Shown in pieces: positions 24,437 to 38,084 of a stretch of 64,000 nt of DNA. This DNA comes from Crassostrea angulata (Eukaryota). Below the pieces are notes generated by a model. The model did no database searches. It saw only the letters and a program-made list of their open reading frames with translations, and was not told the origin of the DNA. The stretch spans positions 6,090,123 through 6,154,122 of the forward strand of contig NC_069116.1 in NCBI RefSeq assembly GCF_025612915.1, read 5' to 3'. Numbering within the stretch: position 1 is the stretch's first letter; each line of letters starts with the position of its first letter. Position numbers and translations under genes: made by a program.

Positions 24437-24478
24437 TGATTTCTTATGAAACAAATCAAACTGTCTACCGCTATTATG

Positions 24479-24484
24479 AATAAA
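24479..24484 (+). terminator. Candidate polyadenylation signal (AATAAA) for the RFC5-like gene
   Basis: AATAAA lies 43 nt downstream of the stop codon. Confidence 0.4.
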
Positions 24485-25189
24485 TTTTCTTGAATAAGTG
24501 TTCCATCTTCTTTTTGGAGTTTTTTATGCTTTGTGCAAATCAAAAGGAACTGAAAAGTAGGCTTGTGGAATTGGACAAATCTGCCTTTAAGATTGCATCT
24601 ATACAAACATCATTTGTTTCTAAAGATTTTTTCATGAATAACTTGATATCTTCAATACTTACTTTTATTGTTTTCACAAATACGAAGAAGGAAATACTCG
24701 AGTTAGTGCAGGACACTGTCATATTTTTCTTTTCTTGCTACTTTTCTCAACAATTTCTAAATAAGCTGCAGACTTTTTTAGCAGTTCAAAGTATTTAGAT
24801 GTACAGGCCCCACTTTCGTTGAAATATCTAACACCGCTATTGATAATTGGTGGCTGTACTATAAATAGATTTTATACACTTATTCCAAGCGAGAAGAAAA
24901 GACCTTCAAATATACACGGCACTGCATTATAAACAAATAGAAAATGCACCAAAAAAAAAGAGAAAAGCGCAGAATCTAATGCAATAGTAATGCTACAAGT
25001 TGGTCATGATTCCAAGGTGTGCACTCAGATTAACAAATGCGAAGGGTTGATTTGCACGTGTTCTGGTGTCGGTGATGGAAAAACAAGAATGTCGTCTCTA
25101 TTTAAATGAGCCACGCTTAACTTTATAAGCGTCTTTTCACAATTTAAAAATCATAAGAAAACTACGCAGGTTTAAGATTGTAGGCATTA

Positions 25190-25470
25190 GAACCATTTTA
25201 CTAAAACCTTTGATTTTCAGTAGGGCGTAATTATCTATTCCTCGCGTCAAAACAAGTTAAAAATGACGCGGTTTCAAGCGAAAAATGCACCGATTGCGTA
25301 GACTTAGCGTAAAAGCCAGACAAATCTTGTTAATTTCAAAGAGCCGTGGCTGAGTGGCTTGCAATGAAATAGACAGGCCTACGTCACGTTGTTGTTTGAC
25401 AAAAACTACCCAAAATCCAAGCTCCTCTTAAAATGGTTCTAGTTGGACTCGAACTCATAACTTATTGCAA
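25190..25470. repeat. Dispersed repeat family D, copy 1
   Basis: cagtagggcgta...gcgtcaaaacaagttaaaaatgac..gtttcaagc..aaagccagacaaatcttgttaatttcaaagagcc...gagtggc..gcaatgaaatagacaggcctacgtcac is similar to 42690-42940. Confidence 0.7.
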
Positions 25471-28400
25471 TCACAAAATAGAGGTGTCTCGATTTAAGGA
25501 AATGATATTGTAATGTTGCGAATCAAATGTGTCCAAAATAAATAAACAGAATAAGCAAGTGATAAGACCATTTGTGAATCACTTGGTGCAGAGAAGAGAC
25601 AATTGGCCACTTAAGGCGTTTATGACTGGCATCATTATTGACACTCCCGAAAAATTCACCTCCGGTGTCAATTTCAACCGCTTATTTTATCATACTGAAT
25701 GTCTTAATTTTAAAGAAAACTTTACTGCTGATGCTAACTCTAAGGCGAACCGTACGCGCATGTAACAATTCGTCGTGTTATCCGTTGCCTTGTGTGTTGA
25801 TAACGCTGAGGGTAATAGAATGGATTATAAACTGTGTCTTAACTAATCAGACTTCACTATTTAATTTCAAAAATAATTATAAAAAAATACCCTAGTAAAG
25901 TTAAAATCTGATAGAAAAAAATCCAGAATATTACATTTTGCACATCCAACCTTCACGAAAACTGAACTGGGCACTGTTATCGGGTTTCTTTGTACGTATG
26001 TCGTGAAACTAGCCATCCAACTACGATGAATAGTACTTCCTAAGTGTCGAGGGTGTAAAAAAAATAAAAGTGACCTTATGTCTTGTCATCAAGCATAAAC
26101 TTTTCTTCCTTTTAGGAAGCGGTGCACACGAACATCCGAAACATAATCCAAAACAGCATTCTTTACAGATCCTTATCTAATGTGGCAAAATCTGGAGGGT
26201 CGATCTTGCATGTTTTAAATCGACCAAGCATATGTTTGCAAAAGGTTTATTGTCTGACGTCCATCTCATTGTCGAATAGGTTGTTGGATGATTCACAAAT
26301 TGCTTCAGCTATTTTTTATCGTTTCCCCGAGAAATGACGAATAACGTTGTGTGATTCATTGCATAAAGTATAACTTCTAAACTTGGGGACAAATATTATT
26401 TAAGATTTTTGGCTTGACATTCTTAACTTATAATATACATAAACTTATAATATACATGTATATCTGAATTTGTTCATAACAGTTTATAATTAGTCCAATT
26501 CTCAATTTACGATCTCGCAACTTTAATGTGAAGATGGTTGACCTCCGGTAAGACACTTATTGTTTAACAATTGACCACTGCAGTGAGAGCGCTTCCAAGT
26601 GTTACTTAACAATTGATGGTCTGCAGCCATAAATAACCTGGGGCTGATCTAAATATGTTTGCGTCGTGTGCACTAAAGCGACGCAAGATTTCCGGTTGCA
26701 CGTGGTGATTGAATGAACACAGAGTGACCGAATAAACAAACGGGTGGGAAGAAGAAACACAATAACGAGAAAAAATTTACACTTTAGGGGTAATCAGAAA
26801 TTGAGTTTTCGCAACATTTGGATATCATCTCGCCAATTTTAAAAAAAAATCGCCATTGCCAAGATTGGCGAAGCCCAGCTCGAGCACTGGTGTAGACCCT
26901 CTGGAACCGATTGATGGCGTTCATTTTGTCTGTGTAAGCTAACCCTACAAAGTCGATGACAAATCCTGACATCTTGGTTTTCACCCCAAACAGATATCGT
27001 GTTTCATGATTACTGTGTATTTGTCACAGATCTCACAAATTGAAAAAAAAAACCCACTAAAATGACAGCTATTATAACCAATCGAGTTTGCGTCACATTT
27101 TTAAAGAAATGTCAAAGCAGCTTGATCTGATTTTTTGGCAATGCAAGTCTGAAAATATTTCTCATCCAAAGAAATTTCTGGTAAAAAAAACCCACAAAAC
27201 AAATCATACTCCGCAATCTGTCTTTTGAGAAATATACAGCATGTACTTAAAAAAAAAGTAGAATCAACTTTACTGCGTCGAGTGTCGTACAGTTACATGC
27301 ATTGGTTAGAAAACGTCTTATCGCAAACATCATATATAAAATCAGTTGCATCGAAGCGTTAAAAAATATTTCATTATATTCCAGGGAAAACTACTTTTTT
27401 AAACGGACCCATGGAACTGAATTTGTATGAAACTCTTCTACATAGGTTTTGTTCAACTTAAAACATGTTTCACACCTCAAACAATGGATTTTTACTGATA
27501 TCAAATGATTTGTTACAGACCAGGTCCAAGCTCCATGGCTTGTTGACGTGTCGTTACATGACTTTTGACCTTCGAAGTTGGTCGTCAGCACTTCGGGTTG
27601 TATTGAATTTCCGTACAAACCTTTGAATGGTTTGGTGGTCTCTTTAAAAATCTAGCAATCTGTATTAAATATTATGAATTAAGATTAGCACTTTTATTGT
27701 TTTGGACAGCATTTTTATAGATAAATATAAGAAACAAACGTATCGTGAACCACACCCTGCTTGGACCATGCCAACTGCTTTTCCACATTCCCGGCAAGAC
27801 ATGCATGCGCCGCATTTTACTCAATTTGTTTCTTGTTTTTTGTTATAAGCAACTAGAGGCAGAGAACTGTTTTTAAATCACACCCAAAAATATTTAGATC
27901 CACGCTTTTCAACAAATACGTTCAGGGTCGACTCACTCAATTACAATATTTTGACATGGACAGTTGAGCATTTTAAAAAACAGACAATAGTCGCAACGTC
28001 TTTTAAACTGATGTTATGGTTTCTTTAATTATAAAATATTAAAAGTGGGGCGTCAGAATTTTTGGCTCGTATATAGAAAGCAAACAGATACCAGATGAGC
28101 CTGGAAATGATGCTTCTAAATGAATAAGATGTGCAACGTATTCCTGTGTATAGATTAATGGGGAAAACTATGACCATAATCTGAATAAAAAAACCCAGAA
28201 ATTGTTCTTAAAACGACACTGAATAGTTTTATATAAACATATAAAGAGAATGTCAATGATATTCACTTCAAAGACCAAATAACCCGGGTCTTTGAATCTT
28301 TACCAAAGACAAATGTACAATATTTAAAAAAACAAACTTGGATCGCCTCTGAATTCCTTATAATTATGAAGTGCATTAGCTGGTTCCCATCCCTTTCTCA

Positions 28401-30564
28401 AACATCATTGAAAAATATGAACGATTTTACTATTCAATGTCCCAAAAGACACGTCAACTTGAAAATTACCAAAATCTTCTTTAAACTTGAATACAACTCT
28501 CTTTTGTCAACTGCTTGATTCAGGCAAACATGCCAGAGGGAATAATTGTACAATTCCCATTACCAAAGTAAGCTGCGAAGAAAAGTGTCCCTCTTTTGAC
28601 GAAAAAAGGTGTAACCTACCGAGGATCTAGAGCTTTAGGGATGCTGAAAGGTTCGTCAACAGGTGAACGATTGGGGTCGCTCAAAGAATAGGGTGAAAGT
28701 TTTTGCGAGTTTCTGACCAATTTTGTAAGTAACAATCACGACGTCTAAAGAAAGCAACTTAACTGCAAAACCAATTCATCCGAACACTTCGTTTTCCAGG
28801 AATCTAGACTGAATTAAGAAATACTACTAGAGTAACTGTCTCATATCAATCAATAATGAAATATTTGCACACCAGTAAGCAACATTCAGGTGTTCACCAG
28901 TAAGGGTACATCTAACCAAACGTCACAGACGTCTCCAAATGATGCAGTGTAAATATGGCCGCTCTGGATAACTTTTTCTGATTCTTCTATGAAGGATCAT
29001 GGTCAAAACGACTATGATGTTTGCCGACATTTCTTACAACAGAAGGACTCAGCCTGGTGCTTCCGACAAAAATTAATTTTGACACATCAATGATGAAACT
29101 TGGAGGCAAGAGTTCTTCTGCTATTACCAAAGGCATGAAGTTAACGCCAAAATTACATATATCCCGGTATTTCAATATGAAATTGTCAGGAATTGGTATG
29201 AGGATTAGCAAAAAATGGTTCCTTAAATTCCAGATAATCTAGTCTAGATTCATTTTCTTAATATTAAGAATATTAATCACATGAGCGAAAAAGGAAGAGA
29301 TTCTACTCCCCTGCAAAACTCAAACTCATTATATCCACACATAAATAATAGACCTTGGGACATTCAACCCGGGCAAACAAAATTATCTCTTTGGCCCCAC
29401 CCTAAAAAAAGCTGGAGCCGTGCATGTTCGTGTGTTAACAAACAGAATGCGTCACACAAGTTCTATATTTTCCCAAATTAAAATAAGGCTTCAAGACGAA
29501 ATATGTTGGTAATACCGTTCAGACCTGTAAGTAGTAATTGAGTCTGTGCAATGAAACACAAATTAAAACCGACGATATGGAAAAAAAATACGAGAAAACT
29601 TACATGTTATAAAATTTGTGTCATTCTGATTAATGTTTGAAACACAGCATTAATGAAGCATTCGTTAGTGTTCAGTTCACTACTCTTAAAAATGCATACG
29701 CCATATATTATTTTCTCCTTTTCCCACAAGGATCTGGTCAAAGCTTTGTTACGCATAGTTGATCTTTGACCTGTGATATTGAAATGTCAAAGCATACAAA
29801 ATAAAATATGTGTCACAAAACTAGAAGACTGTAAACCATTCAAAACAAATGATCGCAAATAATATTTTCCTGTAACATTCATGAACAATCATATATCTCA
29901 CAAAATTCTCGGAAACCTCGGGTACTGTTTCAAAATAATTTAAATAAAAAAAGGTGCTGTTTTTTATCCACGGCTCTCTTTTGACATTCAGAACCTTTAA
30001 GAAAAGTATGCATGTGTGAAGTGATTATCCCTTTTACATAAAGAAAATAGACATCCAAGTCGATTAAGTAAGCATAAACAACGTCCACCTTGTCAATGCC
30101 AGAAAACTTTTGACAGATCCATATTGCTGAATTTTAAGTGAATCGATTTGCGTTTCCATCATTTCTAATAAGGTTGTATTTGTAGAGCGAAGGAGCAGTG
30201 TTCCATGACCTCCAACGAAGAACGTAAAGAAAGGGATTTCCATGATCTGCTCCTGTGGAAGCTTACAGTGTTTATACCAAAGATGGTAATTTGGAAATAC
30301 TATTAACCGAAGCTTCAACACAGTTTTATGTTCCCCAAAATGCAAAGGAATATCATTTCTTTACGGATAAAAAGAAACTTTTTTCTGTTTTACTTCCATA
30401 AATGGCACAAACAGTGTATACCGATACCAAATATTTTTTAGGATGGGTGGTCATGTTTGGCACATTTGAGAGGATTTAATATAGAAACAGGTTTTTCTCT
30501 TCTTGTAACAATCTTAGCTAAAGTTGCAATGATGAAATATCTAAAATTATACTTTTCAACTTTC

Positions 30565-31216
30565 GGAGTTGATTTTAATCAACTCTCCTATGCAGTTACT
30601 CTGGCAAACCGAAAGTGAAACAGTGTTTGGACCTAAGCACAAATCATCACCGCTGACAAGACTTAGTTCTCGGAAATTATCGACAAATTTGCTGTAATGA
30701 ATTCTGAAGCATTGTTTTTCAAGGAAACTTGTTTATTGATACCTTGAAAATAGTCAGATTTTAAATGGTAGGAAACAATTTAGACATTTTTTGTAGTGGT
30801 ACATGTATGTATTCTTACGCTAGAGTTTACTATAGTATCGTTCAACCAGACAATCAATGGTTTCCGTAAATCTTCGTCAGGCAGAGAATTTCAGAGAGTT
30901 TGTCGGAGATTAACGGAGACAGCAGAGCGTTTGGTTGAACGAAGCTAGAGTTCAATATTGCTTGGATCCATACAATTTTTCAGAAATATTTCGATTACTG
31001 ATACGTACGTTGATGGAATTAATAGTATCTTTAAATATTACACGACATGATTCATATGGGGTTTTCTACAAATTCCGAGAATTCATATTATAAAAAACGT
31101 GCGTAAATCAAATACATAACGGAAACCACTTGCCAAGCAAAATAACATTATCGTTGATTCTAAAATAAATAATAATCGATAAAATCAACTCCTGTCAGTA
31201 CTTCAGTACTTTGATT
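30565..31216 (+). mobile_element. Foldback/MITE-like element, copy 3
   Basis: Same terminal palindrome and the same 3' ...CTCCTGTCAGTACTTCAGTACTTTGATT. The internal region is closest to copy 2. Confidence 0.75.
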
Positions 31217-32289
31217 AATGCTAAGTTGCTTTATGATGCTTCTATTTTCCAGAGAGTCCCTTTATAAATAATGGGAAACACATAAAACGAGTTTGTAGGA
31301 TTGATACATCGTAGGAAGCATGACGTTAAGCATGGTTTGTTTGCTGGATGAGTCCTTCATTTTCCAGACTATTCAAGTGTTTTAGTCTTTGAAGTAGTTT
31401 AACTCCTATGTAGCTTTAAGTTTGCCTTCGTTTCAAAATTGCAGAGAAGATACTACTACTTCTGATGTTACATTCACACTTCAGAAACTTTATCTTTATA
31501 GTTTTCGTAAAGAGCAAAGGCTATACAATTCCGAGCTGAATCAATAAGAAATGACTTCGTGTCCTACTTAGACCATTTAGTGTTGAATATCACCTACCAG
31601 TTTTACCAAAAAGTAACTACAGTAGTATGTTGCATATACTTATATCTTTTACAACTTTAAAACGATAATTTTTTGCCCTTTTGTGAAACGGGCTCTTAAA
31701 AGGTTTTCTTTTATAAAGAAATACAAACTTCATCGCCTCCAAAGTAACTTTGGGTTTTTGCCTCCTATCTGGAGACATTACCTTTTACCACTGTTTTCGC
31801 GATCCACTTTAACAAACCTTTTTCTGATGTCTTTAGACTATCTGAACGTGCAATTTTGCTGCAACAATCAAGTATTTTTATGATGGATGGCCACGGCGGG
31901 CGTGTAGAAGCAGGTTAAATTCATATGCACGTGTCTTTTTATTTATAAACCTTTTTCAAAGATGCACTATCCAATGTAAGTAATGCTTAGATACATGGAC
32001 CTGTGGATGTATTAGACATTAACATTTAAATCATTTGTGTCCTACCTTGACAAACATTCTGAACGATGCATTTGATTGTGCAAGTCACCAACCATATTTT
32101 TTAATGAAGGGTGATCTTCCCTAAACTCTGTAACTTGATGGATTGAGCAATGTCTGCTTCTGTATGAAATTGAAATGTTGTGAGAACTGACATGAATTTG
32201 TAATATTAAAATGAAAGTATATTTTCTGAATCACACATAGGTATATAAATTTCACTCCGATAAATGTCGACCTTTACTGATTTTAAAAA

Positions 32290-33400
32290 ACCCACCTTTA
32301 TGACTACCTTTTCATTTTAAGGGTACGTTATCCTGCTCCAATGGATTCGGCGCCACAAGTTGTAGTTTTTTCAAGGGATATTTTTGAATAATCCTTAATT
32401 AGTTTGCGTTCTGTTCTCACAAAAGGTAAATAATGTTTGGATTTCTTCAGTAGATTGTCGTTAGGGACTGTTGTCATTTCCACCTTACAATTGTATTCCA
32501 AACATAATGATTAATCTATGGAGTAAAAGTCTTCGATACCATTCACAATTAGATGCTTTTGTTGCCTATATTTTCAGGAAAAATAAATGGGTTGGTGAAA
32601 CAGGGTCACTTCTAAGTATTTATGGACAAACAATGCGCCAAACCTGTGGTCGATGCATTTTTGGATAATTTTTGGATGCTGAAGGAACCTCAAATTTACC
32701 AGATATTGAAGTCTTTGAGGTACGCTCATTTCTAAGTAGCTCTGCTTCCTACTTTTCAAAAAATTAAGAGCTGATATACATGATGTACCAATTGTGCCCC
32801 ATTGTTGGAAGACCTATTTTTGTATTCTTATGAAGTAGAATTTATTCAAAAACTTGTGCGAGAAAAAAATAAATCACTCGCTGTGGCCTTCATCTCAACA
32901 TTCAGGTATATCGACGACACATTATCAATTAACAATTGTTATTTCCATACTTACGTCGACTCGATATATCCCAGTGAAATTGAAATAAAAGATACCACAG
33001 AGTCTGCGTCATCTGTTTCATATTTGGATATTTTACTGGACATGGGCATTGATGGTAACCTAACAACAAAACTTTATGATAAACGCGATGACTTCAATTT
33101 TTCCATAGTCAACTTTCCTTACTTATGTAGCAATATACCTTCATCACCTGCATATGGTGTTTTTGTCTCTCAGTTGATTCAATACGCAGGGGCATGCTCT
33201 TCGTACGAACAATTTTTAAGACGAAGCAAGCTACTGACAAACAAGTTGATAAAACAGGACTATCAACAGTCTCGCTTGAAGTCATCATTTCGTTAGTTCT
33301 ATGGTCGATACAAGGACCTTGTCAGCAAATACAATATTCCACTGGTTCGCATACCGAATGACTTTTTTCATACTAATTGTTAGACCATCATTAATCACCT
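32290..33400 (+). mobile_element. Degenerate retroelement reverse-transcriptase remnant (Penelope-like RT signature), frameshifted
   Basis: The 164 aa ORF at 32802-33296 contains FRYIDDTLSI (RT motif C, YxDD), followed by YLDILLDMGIDGNLTTKLYDKRDDFNFSIVNFPYL...SQLIQYAGACS. From memory this matches the FLDxxI...VYRKxTxTDxYLxFxSxHP...RA..xCS block found downstream of YxDD in Penelope-like RTs. Flanking frames carry frameshifted continuations. Confidence 0.4.
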
Positions 33401-34739
33401 AATTGTCTACAGACTTTTACGATTTTTTTCCCGATTTCGACAAAGAGCACACGGCGGTTGTGACCGGTCAGCAGAGGATGCTCACTCCTCCTATGCACCT
33501 GATCCTACCTATATTTATTTGGAGGTCCATGTTGCTCTGCTTTGAATTTGTATTTTGTTTTATGAATTTTTGAGATGGTTCACGGATTGTTTTTGTCATT
33601 TTTTCATACATGTAGTTTAAGATGAATACTTACATTCGCCTTTAGAGGCTATAAATATTTTTTTCAGAAATGTGTACTGGTAAAAGATCTCGAAGCAGAT
33701 TCAATTCTGAAAGAACGTTCAACCAAACCAAACATGAAGGAATGAAACATCTTCGAATAAATAAAACCATTTGTGTTCTGGAATTTTTTGGAACTGTGAC
33801 CCATTATGCTTTGGATCAAATCCACTCTTTCGCATATTTACCTTGCCCAAATTAGTACGGTTCATTCATAAATTACAAAAACCATACTTCAAAAGTTGAA
33901 TGTGTACAAAAAGTGTTGGTGGGTAAAAATATTTTTATAACGAAATCTTACATAAAAATTTCGAAAAATTTGACAATTAAGAAGGAACAGCTATCTTCTT
34001 AACGATATTAAGTCTATCGCGGCCTAGTTTGGACGAAGCCCAAAATACAAAATACTAATCCTTTCTCTTTTCTCTCTCTCCTGGCATTTACCAAACCTGC
34101 CCCCTGCACATGGTGAAACATTTAACCATTATGCTGGTGCAATATTTCCAAAAAAAAGAAACAATTTGTTTTAAACACTAATGTCGATCATCTACGAATT
34201 GCCTTACCCATGTAAATTAACTAAGATGCGGAAGTGCTGAGCGTCCAAGATAGTTTCTTTTCTTTTAATCAAATTGTTAATTACTTTTATTTCTTTATCT
34301 TTGATTTACATTTTCATACCTTAATTGGATTGTGAAAAAATGTGTTTCATAACGTTCTTCCATAATGAAACGCTTTTGAAAAAGGGATCGAGAGTCTTGT
34401 TCCAAACTTTTTTCCTATCCCCGTATATAACTATTCATACTGTATTGAATACTTATTTTCTTATATAAATGAATCCTACTTTGGGTATGCCACACATCAT
34501 GACAAGACAGTGTAATATCATAATATAACCAGTTTTTGATATGATTGATCGTGATTGCAATGACAATGCAAGATACACCTACTAGCACAGTTTCCATTAA
34601 TTATGGAATAGTTATCTAGCGAACATGCAAATCATTGTAAAGTAGGTGATAAGAGGTAGAACGTCGGTGAAATCGAGTGATGTCCTTTAACAAATATATT
34701 TCCCCGAAAAGGCTTAGAAGAAACTGGTACAGCTCAAAT

Positions 34740-34946
34740 CTTCTAGTATTCACATCGTTCTAATGTAACACCCATTTCATCAGTGCGTCTTTACATATTC
34801 TGTTCTAAGCATATTCTTATCTTTATTGATCAATATGCTCATTCATACGTGGCAATGTCTGTGTAACAGAAATGGAGGATGTCAACAACTAGGCTCGAAT
34901 CCAGGACCCTAGCTTCAGTTTAAAAACCAACGCTCTACCGACTGAG
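34740..34946 (-). mobile_element. tRNA-Lys-derived SINE-like element, copy A (tandem to copy B)
   Basis: The - strand reads GACCATTTGGCTCAGTCGGTAGAGCGTTGGTTTTTAAACTGAAGCTAGGGTCCTGGATTCGAGCCTAG. The D-arm GCTCAGTCGGTAGAGC and T-loop GGATTCGAG are conserved. The anticodon stem is degenerate, so this is not a functional tRNA. Confidence 0.55.
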
Positions 34947-34950
34947 CCAA

Positions 34951-35200
34951 ATGGTCAATCCACTAGTTGGTGCTAAAAGCAGAATGGTAGTACTGAGCCT
35001 ATTATACACATTAGCACACGCTTCGCCTATTCTTTTGAGATTTCCATCCCTTAGAAATCTCATTACGAGACTCTTCAATCAACTCCACGTGGGTTATATT
35101 GTTTGGGCACCGATGTACCAGAAAGTGGAGATGTCCACAGCTAGGCCAAAACCCAAGACCCTTCAGTTTAAAAACCAACGCTTTACCGACTGAGTTTAAG
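34951..35200 (-). mobile_element. tRNA-Lys-derived SINE-like element, copy B
   Basis: The - strand head reads ...CTCAGTCGGTAAAGCGTTGGTTTTTAAACTGAAGGGTCTTGGGTTTTGGCC, a degenerate tRNA-Lys(TTT)-like D-arm, anticodon arm and T-arm. The body is shared with the adjacent copy. Confidence 0.55.
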
Positions 35201-37090
35201 TGTTATTCCTCTAGCTCGTGCTAGAAGAAGTGTGACAATACCTATTATTCAAAAAATCATGTCTGTTTATCCGTTCACTTAGGTAATTACATGCAAACTT
35301 TGGAAGGCATTGATATGGGGTTAGATATTTATAATGAATATTGTTTTTTCTTTCATATTATAGATCGATTTTTCCCTGTTTTGTATGTTTGATTACATAA
35401 GAAGTCCACATCGTAAGAAATTGCTTGGTGAATATTAGAAACATCTAGAGGGGTTCATATCCAAGAGATTATATATAATACTTTGTTTAATTTATCAGAG
35501 TCTCGACTATTTTTCTACTTAGAAGCCAAACATAAATATATCTGGAATTTCGAGAAACATTTGGTTTCAATGTGGAAATTTCCGTTTAATTACCCATGAC
35601 TATGACTTTAAGCAATGCTATAAAAGTTAATTTCGCCAAAATCGTTTCAAATGATTAGGTATATCCGGATTTATATCCCATTATTTGCAAACCAAAATTA
35701 CAGAAACAGTGCTGTTATTTCGAAAAAATAATATTAACTTAACAACCACAGATTCTTTTTCTTTATACTCACTAATCTCTCTTCCAACACAACTGATTAC
35801 TAGTATATTCCACTGGTACTGTACATACGTGACGAAACGAAATGAAACCAAAAAGGACGCCAAACAGCAATCAATAAATCATTTTTGTGTGTATGTAATT
35901 TTCGTTTTCATGTAAATAGTTCAAATGTAGTACCGAAAAAAAAAATGTTGTTAAAATTTACTCATTCTATAAAGTAATGAACATTTGATTTGAACCAAAA
36001 AAAACCCGAAACTTAATGTTAAAAGTATGTTTTAATTTTTAACTAAAATGAAAAAAAATCGTGACCATTTAGATAATTAGTCGAATCAAAGGAACTATAT
36101 TAAAGACAACTCAAAATTTATGTAAAAATGTAACGACCAGCTCGATCGTAACAATTACATTCCGTTACGACTATTAAAGTAGATACAGGATTTGGAGTAT
36201 GTCGATTCGCATTGTGAAGAACATCAAGATCCTCGAGGCGTTAGATGTGTGTACCAATTGAGATTAACTTTGGCCGTCCTACATTAACAAAATCGACGGA
36301 GCGTATGATCGCCAACTCTAAAAATAGGCTTCATCGGTAAACATTTGTTTACAACAGCTTCAAGGTGTAGAGTGTGGGTCAGCCGGAGATAGCATTGCCG
36401 ACTCGAGAATTGTCGTCTGCATCGATCAATGAAAGGGCGGCCTTTTACTCCACACACAGTCACTCCATACACTATCGCTACAAGCGAGCCTTCTGATTGA
36501 TCTACTCAGGGTTTTTTTTATATATTTCATTCCAATATTAACCCACGTACATGTAGAAGGCACTGAAATTTAGACTGCAAAATATTCCTACATATGTAAG
36601 TACAAATTATATATAATGCCACTATATACGCCGTTTATTACAATTCATGTAAATAAATGTTATTCATTTCACTTCCTTCTACCCCAGCGCACTGGATAAG
36701 AGATTGTGACGTAAGTATCACGTGACTAACTATTATCGGGAAATTAAAACGAGGCTGTGTTCATCTGATTCCGCAATGGCGTCGAAAAGTAGTTGGAGTT
36801 GTGGACAGGGTTTTATTGATTAGCTTTTAGAGGGTAAGTTGTTTTTATTTGAATATCGTCACATAATATTTTTCGAGATGGGAAGGGCTGATTCATAATT
36901 GATATATTTAAAGTGTATGAGGATGACTGACGAGTTATTCTTGTTTCGAAAACATCATTGTCAACACGAGGTAAAATGGCGGTCCGGATTCATCGAAGAT
37001 AAATTAACCAGACATTGTACCATCGGGAGAATAGTTCATTTTGAGATTAAACTCGATTATGGCTTTAAGATTCCTTGAATGGTACATATA

Positions 37091-38084
37091 CAGTAGTTGG
37101 CCATAAGTATGTTCCCAAAATGGTCGACGTTAACGTAGATCTCGTCATCGCCTGAAGTTTTTTGACTAACTACTTTTAACAACAAAGTAAAATGACTAAG
37201 CAAACATATACATTACTTTGTATTATATCCTAGGATATGAAATATTCTTGCAATTTTCCTCGTTTAACGATGTAAAGGCTCGCAATCAATATAAAGTGAG
37301 ACTACTCGAAATGTCAACTACAACATTTTCTAGGTCACGGAAAATTCGGATTTCGTTTTTTGACCTTTGTAACCGTATTAGCATTTTTCACATAATTTCA
37401 ATGATAATAATGTCTTAACAGAACGTAAGCCAAAGTATGTGTTGATGCTGTCAGTCTGCTCTGTTTAATTGGGCCTAGAAGTCTGGTTATCTTTTTTAAA
37501 TAAACTTTTGGCGATTTGTGAAGTGACGAACAATTACATATGAGAAGAAGTCTACTTACAATTTTATTCATCCCATTATACTTTGGTCTTGCTGTAAATC
37601 AAGCAGTTTGATTTTTGAAAGCATGTTTTTGGTTGGTTCTGGGGACTTTGAAATGGAATTCAGTCATCTCGTGAGTACCTAATCTTACAACTTTCAGATC
37701 GAGTTACGATTTTACCATTATTCCGGTCTTCCGTATTTTTAAACTTTACATAACAGTTTCGGCTGTTTATTCCGTTGATCCTTCCAGTTTTATTTATGTA
37801 TCAATCCCATATCTGACATCTGTATTACGACTTGTTTCTGTCTTCCCATACGTTTTTAGTCATTCGTCGCCATGTTGTTGTGCAGACGATAAATGTTTAC
37901 CAAAGGGGAATAACTCCAAAATTAAACTCAGCAAAAGAAGAAAAAAAGTCGGAGAATCATAGGGCACATTTTTAAAATCTGGCCATCAAAGAAAAATATG
38001 CTTTATTTCCTTTTAAAATCTGCCCTACAGAAAAAAAAAATGTTATGGCTGCCATTTTGGGAACATACTTATGGCCAACTACTG
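37091..38084. mobile_element. Tc1/mariner-type MITE (994 bp) with a TA target-site duplication
   Basis: About 33 bp perfect TIR CAGTAGTTGGCCATAAGTATGTTCCCAAAATGG at 37091-37123, with its reverse complement at 38052-38084. Flanked by TA on both sides. The interior is AT-rich and non-coding. Confidence 0.7.

Noticed and set aside
28480-28560. Possible first coding exon ATGCCAGAGGGAATAATTGTACAATTCCCATTACCAAAG|gtaagc
   Set aside because: Only 13 codons, with no downstream partner exon or similarity found. This is insufficient evidence.
34951-35193. 80 aa + strand ORF
   Set aside because: It lies entirely within the - strand SINE-like element and is a chance ORF.
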